Source of the DNA: a bacterium
GTDB taxonomy: Bacteria > Patescibacteriota > Minisyncoccia > Phycocordibacterales > JAGLPS01
Direction: 5' to 3'
NCBI GenBank assembly: GCA_030690305.1
Contig: JAUYHB010000027.1
Coordinates: forward strand, 79,670-143,669
DNA: 64,000 nt
Positions 18,956 to 28,537 of the stretch are shown piece after piece (positions within the stretch are counted from its first letter, which is position 1; each line of letters opens with the position of its first letter). A program made the translations under genes and the position numbers. Under the pieces are notes generated by a model. The model made no database searches, was not told the origin of the DNA, and worked only from the letters and a program-made list of their open reading frames with translations.

Positions 18956-19546
18956 TCACTCTTTTAGAAAAAATATTAGTAAAAATGCAAAGACAAACAA
19001 AACAATTGCAGGTGGCAGTATTTGAAAAATGTTGTATATCAAAAATTCGGATTTGCTTATTTCAGGGTTTATCGTGATTACTTTAAAAGAAAATGTGATA
19101 AATGAAATTAAAGCAAGAAATAAACTAAAAAGAGCTATTATATTTGCTGCATGCTTGCGCATGTATTTATTGGCTGCTTTATCAATCTTTGAATCTAAAA
19201 CCTTGCTATATTTCAGTAGCTCCTCTGCCAAAACATTTGTATCTTCAGCCCTAGCTAAATCCCGATCCATTAAGCGCGGCACTTTAACCCCGTTAATCTC
19301 TATATTAGAATTTATCGGACTATCGGCATATGATTTAAGAGCGTATGTTGTAACAATAATATCTGTCTCTTCTATGCGATGCACAGTTTCAACTATTTTT
19401 TTCTCGCCAACCAACTGCTTAAGGTATTGTTTCACTTCATCCGCACTATGAATTGACAGATCGCGGAGAATTATCCCTTCTCGAACCCAGTTGGGACCTC
19501 GTTCTGATAGACATTTAATAATATCATTTCGTATTTCTCTGCCCAA
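18956..19546 (-). CDS. Hypothetical protein, N-terminal winged-helix-like domain plus C-terminal transmembrane segment
   Basis: 196 aa. The hydrophobic C-terminus is IIALFSLFLALISFITFSFKVITI...ILPPAIVLFVFAFLLIFFL. Confidence 0.35.
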   Translation of the reverse strand: MGREIRNDIIKCLSERGPNWVREGIILRDLSIHSADEVKQYLKQLVGEKKIVETVHRIEETDIIVTTYALKSYADSPINSNIEINGVKVPRLMDRDLARAEDTNVLAEELLKYSKVLDSKIDKAANKYMRKHAANIIALFSLFLALISFITFSFKVITINPEISKSEFLIYNIFQILPPAIVLFVFAFLLIFFLKE

Positions 19547-19564
19547 AATTTCCCCTTAACTTTA

Positions 19565-22500
19565 TTAACCCCTGCTTGCTAAAAATTCCTTATTAACATC
19601 TAAATGTTCCTTTATTGATTGTTCAACACTGTCCGCGCATCTTTTCAATAAATTACTTAGAGCTCCCAGAGAAGTTTTTTTCTGCATCTCTTCGTAAATT
19701 CGCTTTTTTTCCAAAAGGGCTGGTGGAGCTTGACCACCAGAAGAAGACCATCCACCCTCAGGATATGTTTTCGAAAATAACAAAGAACGAATTGTCTTTA
19801 AATTATCACTCTTGATTCCTTCTTCAGAGATTCTTAAGAATAAATCAACAGTTTCACCGTTTAGTGGGAGGTATTGAGCACAAATCAATATCTCGTTAAT
19901 TTGCTTCTTTTGAACCAGTTCATTAATATATTCTGTTATATAAAGCTGATTTGTTTTATTGTTACGGGCGAATAAAATTGGCTTTAGTATTTTCTGAACG
20001 TCATAATATTCCACTCCTTCAGAATAAATATTATGCCATTCCAGAGATTGGGAAAGAAATTTCCTATAATCCTCGTAGGATTGAATTGATCCGCTCAAAT
20101 GTTTTATTCCATCATAAGGTATCGCCTCGAATTCGGCTCGTTTGTTATGCGTCTTAGATTCCTTAAGGCGATAATCAATGAAAGCAATTAATTCATCCAC
20201 ATTTCCAATACAAAATTCCACAATTTCCTGATCGTGCCATTCCAGCTCAGGCCTATCTTTTATTAAATCGTAGAGGGCTTTGACTAACTTGTTGATATCT
20301 TTGTGCTTCTTAAAATCATCCTTTAGTGAGTGGGTAAGAAATGAAACGTTGTCAACAAACTGATTATCGATATTTTTAATTTCATTTAACGCCAATAATA
20401 ATAATCCCATCAAGTCATCAACATTCTTATTTTCCTTGAAAACGAAATAAAGGTTTCGCACTACTTTGCTTATTATTTTGTCATTACCGCACCCAATGAG
20501 TTTTCTTGACCAATCCGATCGTTCTCTTGGTTGCTTTATTGTAATCAAATGTAACAATGTGCTGATTCGCTCATCTGTCGCCTTATTAATATCTGACAGT
20601 ATCTCGTTAGCTAACCGTTGCAGATGATTAGGATCAAGGTTCGTTAATGCACCGTCAATTTCCATTTTGAAATAATCGGGTATTAATTGCCATAATGTAG
20701 TGTTATCCCGAATTTCTCTAAAAGCGTCTGAATTCAACTCAACCCAACAATAAATAAAAATGGGATATAGATGTGAATTTAAAGGTTCAATCTTCTTGGC
20801 AAAACGATTTACAAATTTTGCTATCAACTCGGCAGAGCTATATTCCTGATTTAATTGTTGGACAGGCCTTGAAAAATCATGTGATTTCAAATACCATTTT
20901 TTTGACATTACATTCTCAACTAACCACGGCCATTTATTAGCTTGGGGAGCATCCTTTGAAACTTCTTCAAAACTCTGGACAATATCTAACCGAGAGGAAA
21001 AATATCGAAAAAGCTCGTATTCAGGACTTCGAGGAATACTTTTTAATAACTCAGTAATCTTTTCTATTCCCGGAGCATCTTGGGCCCACCAGTGCAAGAA
21101 CAAATCCTCTATGTCGCTCAACAGACGAAAATCTGTATTAGGATGAATCAAGCGGCCAATGTCATCAATAATTTTAATTTTTTCTTGAACAAATCTTTCG
21201 GCTAAAGGTAGCTGAGAAGGTGAGACATGGCCCATCCTCGTTTTGCCAATGTCGCTTACAACGTCAATTGCGCAAAGCTGGTACTCAATATTGGCATGTG
21301 TAAGCAATTTATCTAATAACGCCATTGCTGCATCTCTCATTTGTAATACTTTAGGATTATTGGGCAGAGGTCTTTCACCAAATTCCATTTTATCCAAATA
21401 AGAGCGGCTATATTCGTGGGTTGCTGCTAGAACTTCTGACAATGCTGATTTGACCATGTCCGCTCTATTTTTATTCGGCTCATCCAACCACTTCTCCATT
21501 AGATTCAGCATCTCAACAATAGAATCAACATCATTTCTTAAAGGAGAAACGCAATCTTTAATTAAAGTTAACGGTTTATAGTTGTCATATGTTCCCTTCA
21601 TTTCTAATGAATATAATCTTTCAATTAAGCATAAAATTTCATTTCGGTATTTGTGGCTTCTGATTAAACCATCAATGGCCGGGCCATAATCATCTGTAGA
21701 AAGCAATACAACGCGATAATCATCGGGATAAAGGAAGCTAGTTTCTTGGGGAGGGGGAAAGTCAAAATATGTATTTATTAAATCAAGACAACCTTTGGGT
21801 ATAAATTCGACAACATTTTTTAACCATTCCAGTCTTTCTCTTCTTTCAGTCCCCGAAGTATCTTTAGCCTTGTCGATCCACTCGTTTATAAATTCCTCTA
21901 ACATAGCTGAAATAATGTTAGCTTGACCATATTTAAATGTGGCTCCCAAATTAACAAAGATATTTTTCGAAAACAGAGGCATCCATTGCAAAACTAGGTT
22001 TTTCAAGTACTCCTTACTTAACTGTTCTAGCTTATACAATAAGTAAACATCGCCTCGCATGTCAGGTGAAAATCGAATTGCGCGGCCGACTTGCCGTAAT
22101 ATATTAGACTGAACCAGCCGATCAATGGCCTTTTTTATAAGATCACTACTTTTATTTAACTGTTTAGCTATTTCGTCAATCGTTCCCTGATTATCCTTAT
22201 TAAAAGGCACAATACATGCTAGATTTAAAAGAAGTTCATCCGCGCCGTCTTGAAAAACATCAGCAAGTGACTTCTTTGCATCAACAATAATATCTTCAAT
22301 TATTTCAGCTTTAATTTTAGAAAAGTCTTTAATCCCATCCCCCCTAATACGCTTTCCGATAAGAACAATAAAGTATGGATTAGGAAAGTCATGCACAATG
22401 ATTTCCTCATCGTTAACTCTATCTTTATTTGCACAGGCACGAAGCAGTTTCAATAAATCATCCTTAGGCCACTCATTAATTTTCAGAACAGTGGTAAACC

Positions 22501-23416
22501 CGCTCGCCCTAAACTCTTGTATTCTATCTTGCAAAATATAAATTCCAGATGTCCTTAAGCTAAGCACAACTTTGATATCCACACCGCTTTTAGTTAAAAA
22601 GGCCAAAAGAGGATTTAAAGTATTTAAATCACGGTCTGCATCGTCAAGAATTAATAAGTATTTCTGTTTAGGGTCAATTTCTTCTTGTATGGCAGCTTCA
22701 AAAGATCGATAACCCGTTTTAAGCATCCATGGCTGCCGAGTGGGGTCATACTCATATGCCAAAGTTGCTATTTCTCGCAGCAAATGCGATTTGCCAAAGC
22801 CGCCGGGTGCGTGAACAACAAATAATTGGTGCTTATCTGAAGCCATAAACTTTTGAAATTCTTCTATATAAGATTTAAATGCAGTGATCTCATGGGCAGG
22901 GACATCAATTAACTGCTTCTCTAAATCATCAAAATATAGACTGGCGGGGACTAATAACGGATGCTGTGGATCACCGAAATAAGAATTTCTAAGAAAGGGC
23001 TGTCGCTCAATTCTAATTTTTAGATTTTCTCTATGCCAAACATGTAGTGATTTTATTTCCTTGGGTTTTAAATTTTCCAAAGCCTTGACTTGGTCAACCC
23101 TTAATTCTGCAGTGGTAGCAATGCGAAGGTGCTCAACCTTGTTTTTAATTGCCTTGTCGATTTCCTTACTAATTTCCGACTTTAAATGACCCTCTGCTTC
23201 ACTAAAATTCTTTTGCGTCCATTTTGATTGAATGGAAAATAAACCCTCTAAATTCTCGCTAGGGTAAAACCCTTCATAATAACCATCCCAGCCGTTATCA
23301 AAACCAATGTAAGGACTCGAAGGAATAAAAGCTGGCGAGTTACATTCAATTGCGAATAAGTGATTAACCAATCTTTGAAAATCTTTTTCGTTAGTTATTT
23401 TTCCCAGATCTACCAT
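19565..23416 (-). CDS. Giant STAND-type P-loop NTPase with an N-terminal Mrr-like restriction-endonuclease motif and a ~900-aa C-terminal helical region (Avs/AVAST-like antiviral NTPase candidate)
   Basis: 1283 aa. N-terminus GFDNGWDGYYEG...GLFSIQSKW matches the Mrr_cat DxGxDG...QxK pattern. Walker A HAPGGFGKSHLL. Walker B YLLILDDADRD (hhhhDD). The remainder is long and alpha-helical. Confidence 0.5.
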   Translation of the reverse strand: MVDLGKITNEKDFQRLVNHLFAIECNSPAFIPSSPYIGFDNGWDGYYEGFYPSENLEGLFSIQSKWTQKNFSEAEGHLKSEISKEIDKAIKNKVEHLRIATTAELRVDQVKALENLKPKEIKSLHVWHRENLKIRIERQPFLRNSYFGDPQHPLLVPASLYFDDLEKQLIDVPAHEITAFKSYIEEFQKFMASDKHQLFVVHAPGGFGKSHLLREIATLAYEYDPTRQPWMLKTGYRSFEAAIQEEIDPKQKYLLILDDADRDLNTLNPLLAFLTKSGVDIKVVLSLRTSGIYILQDRIQEFRASGFTTVLKINEWPKDDLLKLLRACANKDRVNDEEIIVHDFPNPYFIVLIGKRIRGDGIKDFSKIKAEIIEDIIVDAKKSLADVFQDGADELLLNLACIVPFNKDNQGTIDEIAKQLNKSSDLIKKAIDRLVQSNILRQVGRAIRFSPDMRGDVYLLYKLEQLSKEYLKNLVLQWMPLFSKNIFVNLGATFKYGQANIISAMLEEFINEWIDKAKDTSGTERRERLEWLKNVVEFIPKGCLDLINTYFDFPPPQETSFLYPDDYRVVLLSTDDYGPAIDGLIRSHKYRNEILCLIERLYSLEMKGTYDNYKPLTLIKDCVSPLRNDVDSIVEMLNLMEKWLDEPNKNRADMVKSALSEVLAATHEYSRSYLDKMEFGERPLPNNPKVLQMRDAAMALLDKLLTHANIEYQLCAIDVVSDIGKTRMGHVSPSQLPLAERFVQEKIKIIDDIGRLIHPNTDFRLLSDIEDLFLHWWAQDAPGIEKITELLKSIPRSPEYELFRYFSSRLDIVQSFEEVSKDAPQANKWPWLVENVMSKKWYLKSHDFSRPVQQLNQEYSSAELIAKFVNRFAKKIEPLNSHLYPIFIYCWVELNSDAFREIRDNTTLWQLIPDYFKMEIDGALTNLDPNHLQRLANEILSDINKATDERISTLLHLITIKQPRERSDWSRKLIGCGNDKIISKVVRNLYFVFKENKNVDDLMGLLLLALNEIKNIDNQFVDNVSFLTHSLKDDFKKHKDINKLVKALYDLIKDRPELEWHDQEIVEFCIGNVDELIAFIDYRLKESKTHNKRAEFEAIPYDGIKHLSGSIQSYEDYRKFLSQSLEWHNIYSEGVEYYDVQKILKPILFARNNKTNQLYITEYINELVQKKQINEILICAQYLPLNGETVDLFLRISEEGIKSDNLKTIRSLLFSKTYPEGGWSSSGGQAPPALLEKKRIYEEMQKKTSLGALSNLLKRCADSVEQSIKEHLDVNKEFLASRG

Positions 23417-23485
23417 TAAATTACTCTCATTTTAATTTTCTTTGCCTATTAGTCTTTCTTGAAATTAAGGTTATTTTAACGCACT

Positions 23486-25432
23486 TCACACCATTTTGAC
23501 ACCAAAACTTTCAAGCCATCGCTGGATTACGCCTAAATGCTTTTCCCCCAGCCCTCGGTTACCTGTTTCCCACCTTGCCAACGTCCCCGGATCAACGCCT
23601 AAACGCCTCGCCAGTTGTGCTTGGGACAGGCCTAGGGTCTTCCGACAATGTATGATTTGCTCTGTGAGTGTCTGGGCCTCTGGCAATGGATTGTAGCCTA
23701 AGAATTCAATGATCTTGGGAATAAAGCGGATTTCGGGTTCGGTAAGCCCTAGTTCCCAGTGGCAGATGGTCATTTCATCGGCGCCAATTTGTGCGGCCGC
23801 CTGTTTCTGGAACAGCCCAAGGTCTAACCTGCGCTTCTTAACATGGTCTCCGATGGTGGTAAGGCTCTTGGGATAGGCCGGATCAGGCGGCTTTTGGGCG
23901 GTACGCCTGATATGGCAAAAAGGCAACGCAAGGATGTGGTTCTGAAGCTCTTTGGCCACTTTCTTAGTGGAGGGCAAATAAAAGAGGTTGACTTCCACTT
24001 CATCCTTCCCAATGACAATGCTTTCCGTAATGTTCTCTATAATCTTGCGTTTCTCCGCAAATTCAAGCCGGGACCAGTTCCCGTACAACCCCTTTCCCTC
24101 AGCAAGGATTTCATCCGATGAGAGGTAGTTAATCTTCAAGAAGTCGATTTCGGCCTGAACGCGCGGCATCTCATCTTCCAGTTGCTTTTCTTTCTCCTCC
24201 AAGGGTAAGTAGCGCTTGCCGAACCCTTCCTTGGTGATCTGTTTGGCCATATACAGGTCATATGTTTCATCCATTTCCTTTTTAATCTTCTGATACTCCC
24301 TCTCCAAGGCCTGCATCAGTTCCGCTTTGTCCTTGATGGTGTCTTCCGCCCCGTGAAGGTACTTCTCTATATCCTCAGGGGACATGAAGAACCCTTTCAG
24401 TTCCTCAAGGTAGATTTCCTCAAGGTCGGAAATAGTGATTTTGTTTCGGCACTTGCGGCATACGTATTTGTTGGGGTAATTGGAAAGGACGTACATCTGA
24501 CCCTTGCAGGCGCAGACCGCATATCCGGCAAACAACTGTACGGCCGTTCTCGATACCCGTTTTCGTGACTTTCCCTGTTCCTCAAGAATGTGATTGCATC
24601 GCTGCCACAGTTCGGGAGAAATGATGGGCTCGACTTCCGTGAAAACCCAGTCTTTCTCCGGCTTTACTTCCCAATGCCTCTTTCTATCAAGCGTTTTACT
24701 GTAATTGGCGCGGTGCAGTCCTTTAGCAGTGGAGTCTCTCAAGAGCCGGTCAACGGTCGTGTCCGAGAATTTTGAATTGTTCCTCGTTCGATAACCGGCT
24801 TCGTTCAAAAGACGCGCAACAACCTTCTTTCGCCTGTGTTCCAAGAAAAGCTCGTACATCTGTTTTCGAATCGGCACCTCGTTCGGAGCTGGGATAAGTT
24901 TCTTGTCCTTCCACTGATAGCCAAAAGGCGCCGCTCCCCCCAAGGGTTTCCCCAATTTTGCCCTGATGGGCACGGAGGCAGCGACGCGTTCCGCAATTTC
25001 ATCTCGTTCCCATTGGGCAAGCGCACTAATCATGGTATACAGGAGGCGTCCGGCGGGACTGCTTGTATCGATTGATTCTTGCAAGCTGATCAAGTCAGCA
25101 TTGCACTCTCTAAAGATTTCGGCGAATTCCAAAAGTTCTTTGGTGTTCCGTGCAAGCCGAGCGAGTTTGGAAAAAATAAGGCCGGTGATCGTTCCCTTGC
25201 GAACGTCGCTTAACATTCTCTGAGTTTCTGGATGATTGAAGACGGTCTTCCCGCTCACGGCTTCAAGATGATACACTGTTTTTACGTCCCACCCCTTCGA
25301 TTCGGCGTAATAGCTGGCTCGCTTTTCATGGTGCTCTGGGCTCTCTCCTTTTGCCTGATCTTCGGTCGATACTCTGATCCATATGCCGACTTGCTTTTTT
25401 AATCCATTTCCCTCATGTACATTCTTAGGCAT
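23486..25432 (-). CDS. Large serine recombinase (resolvase/invertase catalytic domain plus recombinase domain) with two extra C-terminal XRE-like HTH domains
   Basis: 648 aa. N-terminus VGIWIRVSTEDQAKGES carries the catalytic Ser. C-terminal HTH-like segments are LTTIGDHVKKRRLDLGLFQKQAAAQIG and TLGLSQAQLARRLGVDPGTLARWETG. Confidence 0.7.
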   Translation of the reverse strand: MPKNVHEGNGLKKQVGIWIRVSTEDQAKGESPEHHEKRASYYAESKGWDVKTVYHLEAVSGKTVFNHPETQRMLSDVRKGTITGLIFSKLARLARNTKELLEFAEIFRECNADLISLQESIDTSSPAGRLLYTMISALAQWERDEIAERVAASVPIRAKLGKPLGGAAPFGYQWKDKKLIPAPNEVPIRKQMYELFLEHRRKKVVARLLNEAGYRTRNNSKFSDTTVDRLLRDSTAKGLHRANYSKTLDRKRHWEVKPEKDWVFTEVEPIISPELWQRCNHILEEQGKSRKRVSRTAVQLFAGYAVCACKGQMYVLSNYPNKYVCRKCRNKITISDLEEIYLEELKGFFMSPEDIEKYLHGAEDTIKDKAELMQALEREYQKIKKEMDETYDLYMAKQITKEGFGKRYLPLEEKEKQLEDEMPRVQAEIDFLKINYLSSDEILAEGKGLYGNWSRLEFAEKRKIIENITESIVIGKDEVEVNLFYLPSTKKVAKELQNHILALPFCHIRRTAQKPPDPAYPKSLTTIGDHVKKRRLDLGLFQKQAAAQIGADEMTICHWELGLTEPEIRFIPKIIEFLGYNPLPEAQTLTEQIIHCRKTLGLSQAQLARRLGVDPGTLARWETGNRGLGEKHLGVIQRWLESFGVKMV

Positions 25433-25442
25433 GGCGCCCTCC

Positions 25443-28400
25443 TCACTTCTTCAGCTCTTTGAGTTTCTTTAAAGAATTGGCAACGACCCTCACAATCGCC
25501 TGCTCGCGGATTTCTGCGCTGTCAGTCGGGCGATAATTTGTCTTTAATTTATATCCCTTCACCGTCTTTTCGGTGCTCATTGATTTCATCGCGATTTCCT
25601 GCATGAAGGGTAAGAGTTGTTCGGGAGAAAAGAAACACACCCGCTCTCTATCCTCTTCGGTAACTTCCAACGCGATAGCATTTCTTAACTGTTCGAGTTT
25701 TCTGGGATCAGCGGATATTACCGTAACATATTGGAATCCTGCGGACAAACACTTTTTAACGTTGGCCGCCTCCTGATCCACCGGCGTCGTTACGCAAATC
25801 TGGCAGGCGATGGAACACTCCCCTTTTTGAAGCGCGACATCGACGCTTCCTTTGCCGTCGAGAATGGATTTCTCGATCACGGAAAGATACCCCAAATCAT
25901 CCGCCTGTTTTTTTATGAGAAACTGAAGGTACTTATGCTCCCTGCCTCCTCTCCCCGGCTGAACTGGTATGGGAGATCTCTTTCTCTCGGCAATCGCATG
26001 GATCGGCGCGGATTCTCTTGCAGACGGAATGTCTTCTTTTAGAACTCTGACTTCTTCCTTCTTCGGTTGAACAATTGACGGCTTTTCAACTTCAAATTCC
26101 ATTCTCGGTTCAATTGGCAAGTTCTCTCGTCGAATGCCGTATTTCTCTCTCGAAAGAGCGATGATTCGCCGCCGCTTCTCCTCGGCAATCGTCTTGTCAA
26201 CCCTCGGGAGAAGTGCAGTCGTCAGATTGAAATCAAAGTCGGCCCGCTCGATTCGGCAGACAGCCTCTCCGATTCCCAAGCTCTGCATGTCATCCGACTT
26301 GAAAAAAGAAAAACCGTTCTCCAGTTTTCTCGCGTCTTGGTCTCCCAAACGAAAACAAATGCGGGTACACGCGTTCGCAAGCACCGCGCTCGCGACATCC
26401 GGGTCGCGCGCTTCCAACTGCCGTAATTCCTGATGCGCAAGCGTCAGCCCTAAACGATATTTTCGGGCGCCGGAGAGAATAGATGCCATAGAAGGCGTGG
26501 AGAAATTTTGGAATTCATCGATATACAGCCAGAAGTCCCGCCGGTCTTCTTCTCTTGTTTCTTGTCTCCCCATGACGAGCTGATGAAATTTGGAAACGAG
26601 CAGACTGCCGAAAAGATAGGCGTTCTCCTCTCCGATGGCTCCCTGCGAAAGTCTGGCGAGAAGAATCTTTCCGCCGTTCATGATTTCAGCAAAGTTGAGA
26701 CGGTTTTCTTTTTGGGAAACCATATTGCGGATAGGCTTCGGACGAAGAAAAGCGTCAAGCCGGGTAATAATCGGGGCTTGGGGTCTTCCGGACAAAAGCG
26801 GATAAGCACGGGTCCAATAATAGACAACCTCGGGGTCGGTGACTGTTTTCAAAAATTCCGTTCTGAAGGACGGCTCGATGAGAAACCTGCGCAAATCGGC
26901 TAATGTGCCGCCGCGTGTGCTTTCGAGAAATGCGATCACCGCATTCGAGAATACGGATGTCATCTGGTCTCCCCATGCTGTCGAAAGCCTGCGGAAAACG
27001 GCGACGAGATCGGAGGCAAGCAAATTCTTCTCGAGCTCGGAATGCGCGGACAAAATGTTAAAGCCGATTGCGTATTCTTCATCCGATGGGTCGAGGACGA
27101 TGACGTCCTCGAAGCGTTCTTCCGGAATGTGTTCCAATATGGTGTTCACTAAGTCACCATGCGGATCAAGAACGGCAATTCCTTCCCCATTGCGGATATC
27201 CTGCAAAATGAGATTAAGCAGCAACGTGCTCTTGCCGGTACCACTCGCGCCGATTACATGCGTATGACGCACTCTTTGGTTCGAGTTTAAGGTAACCATT
27301 CGAGTCTCGCCGAGATGAACGTTTTCCCCGAGAACCAAGTTATGGTTTAACGCCGTCTTGGGCGCGGCTTTGGTCTTCTTTGCCCTCCGGTTAAGTTTTT
27401 CCGTTTTCACTGAATCCGAGGGCAGATGGACAATGGAAATTAGTTCATCACTATTGAGAATCATGCCGCTTCTTCTCGATTTCCTTGCGATCAAATCATT
27501 CTCGCGGTCTTCTAAACTATACCGTTCATCGTCTTCAAGCGGAATCAATTCGTTGCCGGTGGGATTTGAAAAGACCGACAGACTTCCCGCAAGCGCCTTC
27601 ACGATCTCTCTTGACCTATCCATTCGCGTGCTTCGCGCGGCAATGCGCACAACTGCGGCGTATAAAGGCTTTTCGACTTTTGTCTTGGCTTGAGCGGCAA
27701 AATCCGGGGCGTTCATAAAGAATGGCGTGCCGTCGGGACAGATGACTGCTTGCAAAATGCTTTCAGCCCACGGCGCGCAAACCGGCTCGAAAATCACCTG
27801 AAATACAGCGGCTTCTCCATCCCGCATCTCCGACAATGCTCCCATGATTCCGATAAATGGATCGGGGTCTAACTTACGTGAAGTTGCAAGCGGCAACATG
27901 AACTCCTGAGCAAGTCCGAAATCAACTATGGCAGTCTCTCCATCGCCTTTGACGCCTCTCCATGAATTTCTAAAGAAATCGGAACGGATAGACATGGAGG
28001 CTTCCGGGAAATGCGCGGAGAGCTGGGCCCTTACCTGACCCAGATCACCATCCGAAACGACGATTTGAACCGTGATCGAATCGGACAAACCGATGATTTC
28101 GAAAACAAGCGGGTGCGCGCAATACGACAGGCTCAACAAAAATTGTTCAAAGACTTCTTTGGAAACTTGGGATGCGGCGGGCAGGGTTATCTGAATCTCA
28201 TGAGGCAAAGTATATGACGCCCTGTTGGATTCGATATCAAGCGGTTCCGCCTCTTCGGGAGCATCGCTCGCCGTATTCTTTCTTCGCGAGACAAGCAGAC
28301 CAAACACTTGATCTGTCACGCTACTTAAAAAAGTCTTCCTGCGTCCGTCATCGATGGAGGGTTGGGTTGAGTAATATCCGGGAAACGATACGAACGGAGG

Positions 28401-28517
28401 CTCAGGAAGAACATGAAAATCAAAAGATTGTATTCCTCTGCCCCCATATTCCCATTCGTAAAACCGGCGGGTGGCTTTGACGATTTGCGATTCGTATATA
28501 TCTTCTGCCAATGCCAT
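25443..28517 (-). CDS. FtsK/HerA-superfamily P-loop ATPase (DUF87/VirB4/VirD4-like core) with a ~400-aa N-terminal and ~240-aa C-terminal domain of unknown function
   Basis: 1024 aa. Walker A HVIGASGTGKSTLLLNL, then VLDPHGD, Walker B LYIDEFQNF, and ARKYRLGLTLAHQELRQL (RKYG...Q..QL motif). No N-terminal TM helix. Separated by 10 nt from the recombinase gene. Confidence 0.5.
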   Translation of the reverse strand: MALAEDIYESQIVKATRRFYEWEYGGRGIQSFDFHVLPEPPFVSFPGYYSTQPSIDDGRRKTFLSSVTDQVFGLLVSRRKNTASDAPEEAEPLDIESNRASYTLPHEIQITLPAASQVSKEVFEQFLLSLSYCAHPLVFEIIGLSDSITVQIVVSDGDLGQVRAQLSAHFPEASMSIRSDFFRNSWRGVKGDGETAIVDFGLAQEFMLPLATSRKLDPDPFIGIMGALSEMRDGEAAVFQVIFEPVCAPWAESILQAVICPDGTPFFMNAPDFAAQAKTKVEKPLYAAVVRIAARSTRMDRSREIVKALAGSLSVFSNPTGNELIPLEDDERYSLEDRENDLIARKSRRSGMILNSDELISIVHLPSDSVKTEKLNRRAKKTKAAPKTALNHNLVLGENVHLGETRMVTLNSNQRVRHTHVIGASGTGKSTLLLNLILQDIRNGEGIAVLDPHGDLVNTILEHIPEERFEDVIVLDPSDEEYAIGFNILSAHSELEKNLLASDLVAVFRRLSTAWGDQMTSVFSNAVIAFLESTRGGTLADLRRFLIEPSFRTEFLKTVTDPEVVYYWTRAYPLLSGRPQAPIITRLDAFLRPKPIRNMVSQKENRLNFAEIMNGGKILLARLSQGAIGEENAYLFGSLLVSKFHQLVMGRQETREEDRRDFWLYIDEFQNFSTPSMASILSGARKYRLGLTLAHQELRQLEARDPDVASAVLANACTRICFRLGDQDARKLENGFSFFKSDDMQSLGIGEAVCRIERADFDFNLTTALLPRVDKTIAEEKRRRIIALSREKYGIRRENLPIEPRMEFEVEKPSIVQPKKEEVRVLKEDIPSARESAPIHAIAERKRSPIPVQPGRGGREHKYLQFLIKKQADDLGYLSVIEKSILDGKGSVDVALQKGECSIACQICVTTPVDQEAANVKKCLSAGFQYVTVISADPRKLEQLRNAIALEVTEEDRERVCFFSPEQLLPFMQEIAMKSMSTEKTVKGYKLKTNYRPTDSAEIREQAIVRVVANSLKKLKELKK

Positions 28518-28537
28518 GCAACAATTCCTTCAATGAA

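Noticed and set aside
25443-28517. Calling the 1024-aa ATPase a VirD4/TraD coupling protein or VirB4 of a T4SS
   Set aside because: There is no N-terminal transmembrane segment, and no relaxase or other T4SS components in 64 kb. Only the generic FtsK-HerA core motifs are shared, so it is kept at superfamily level.
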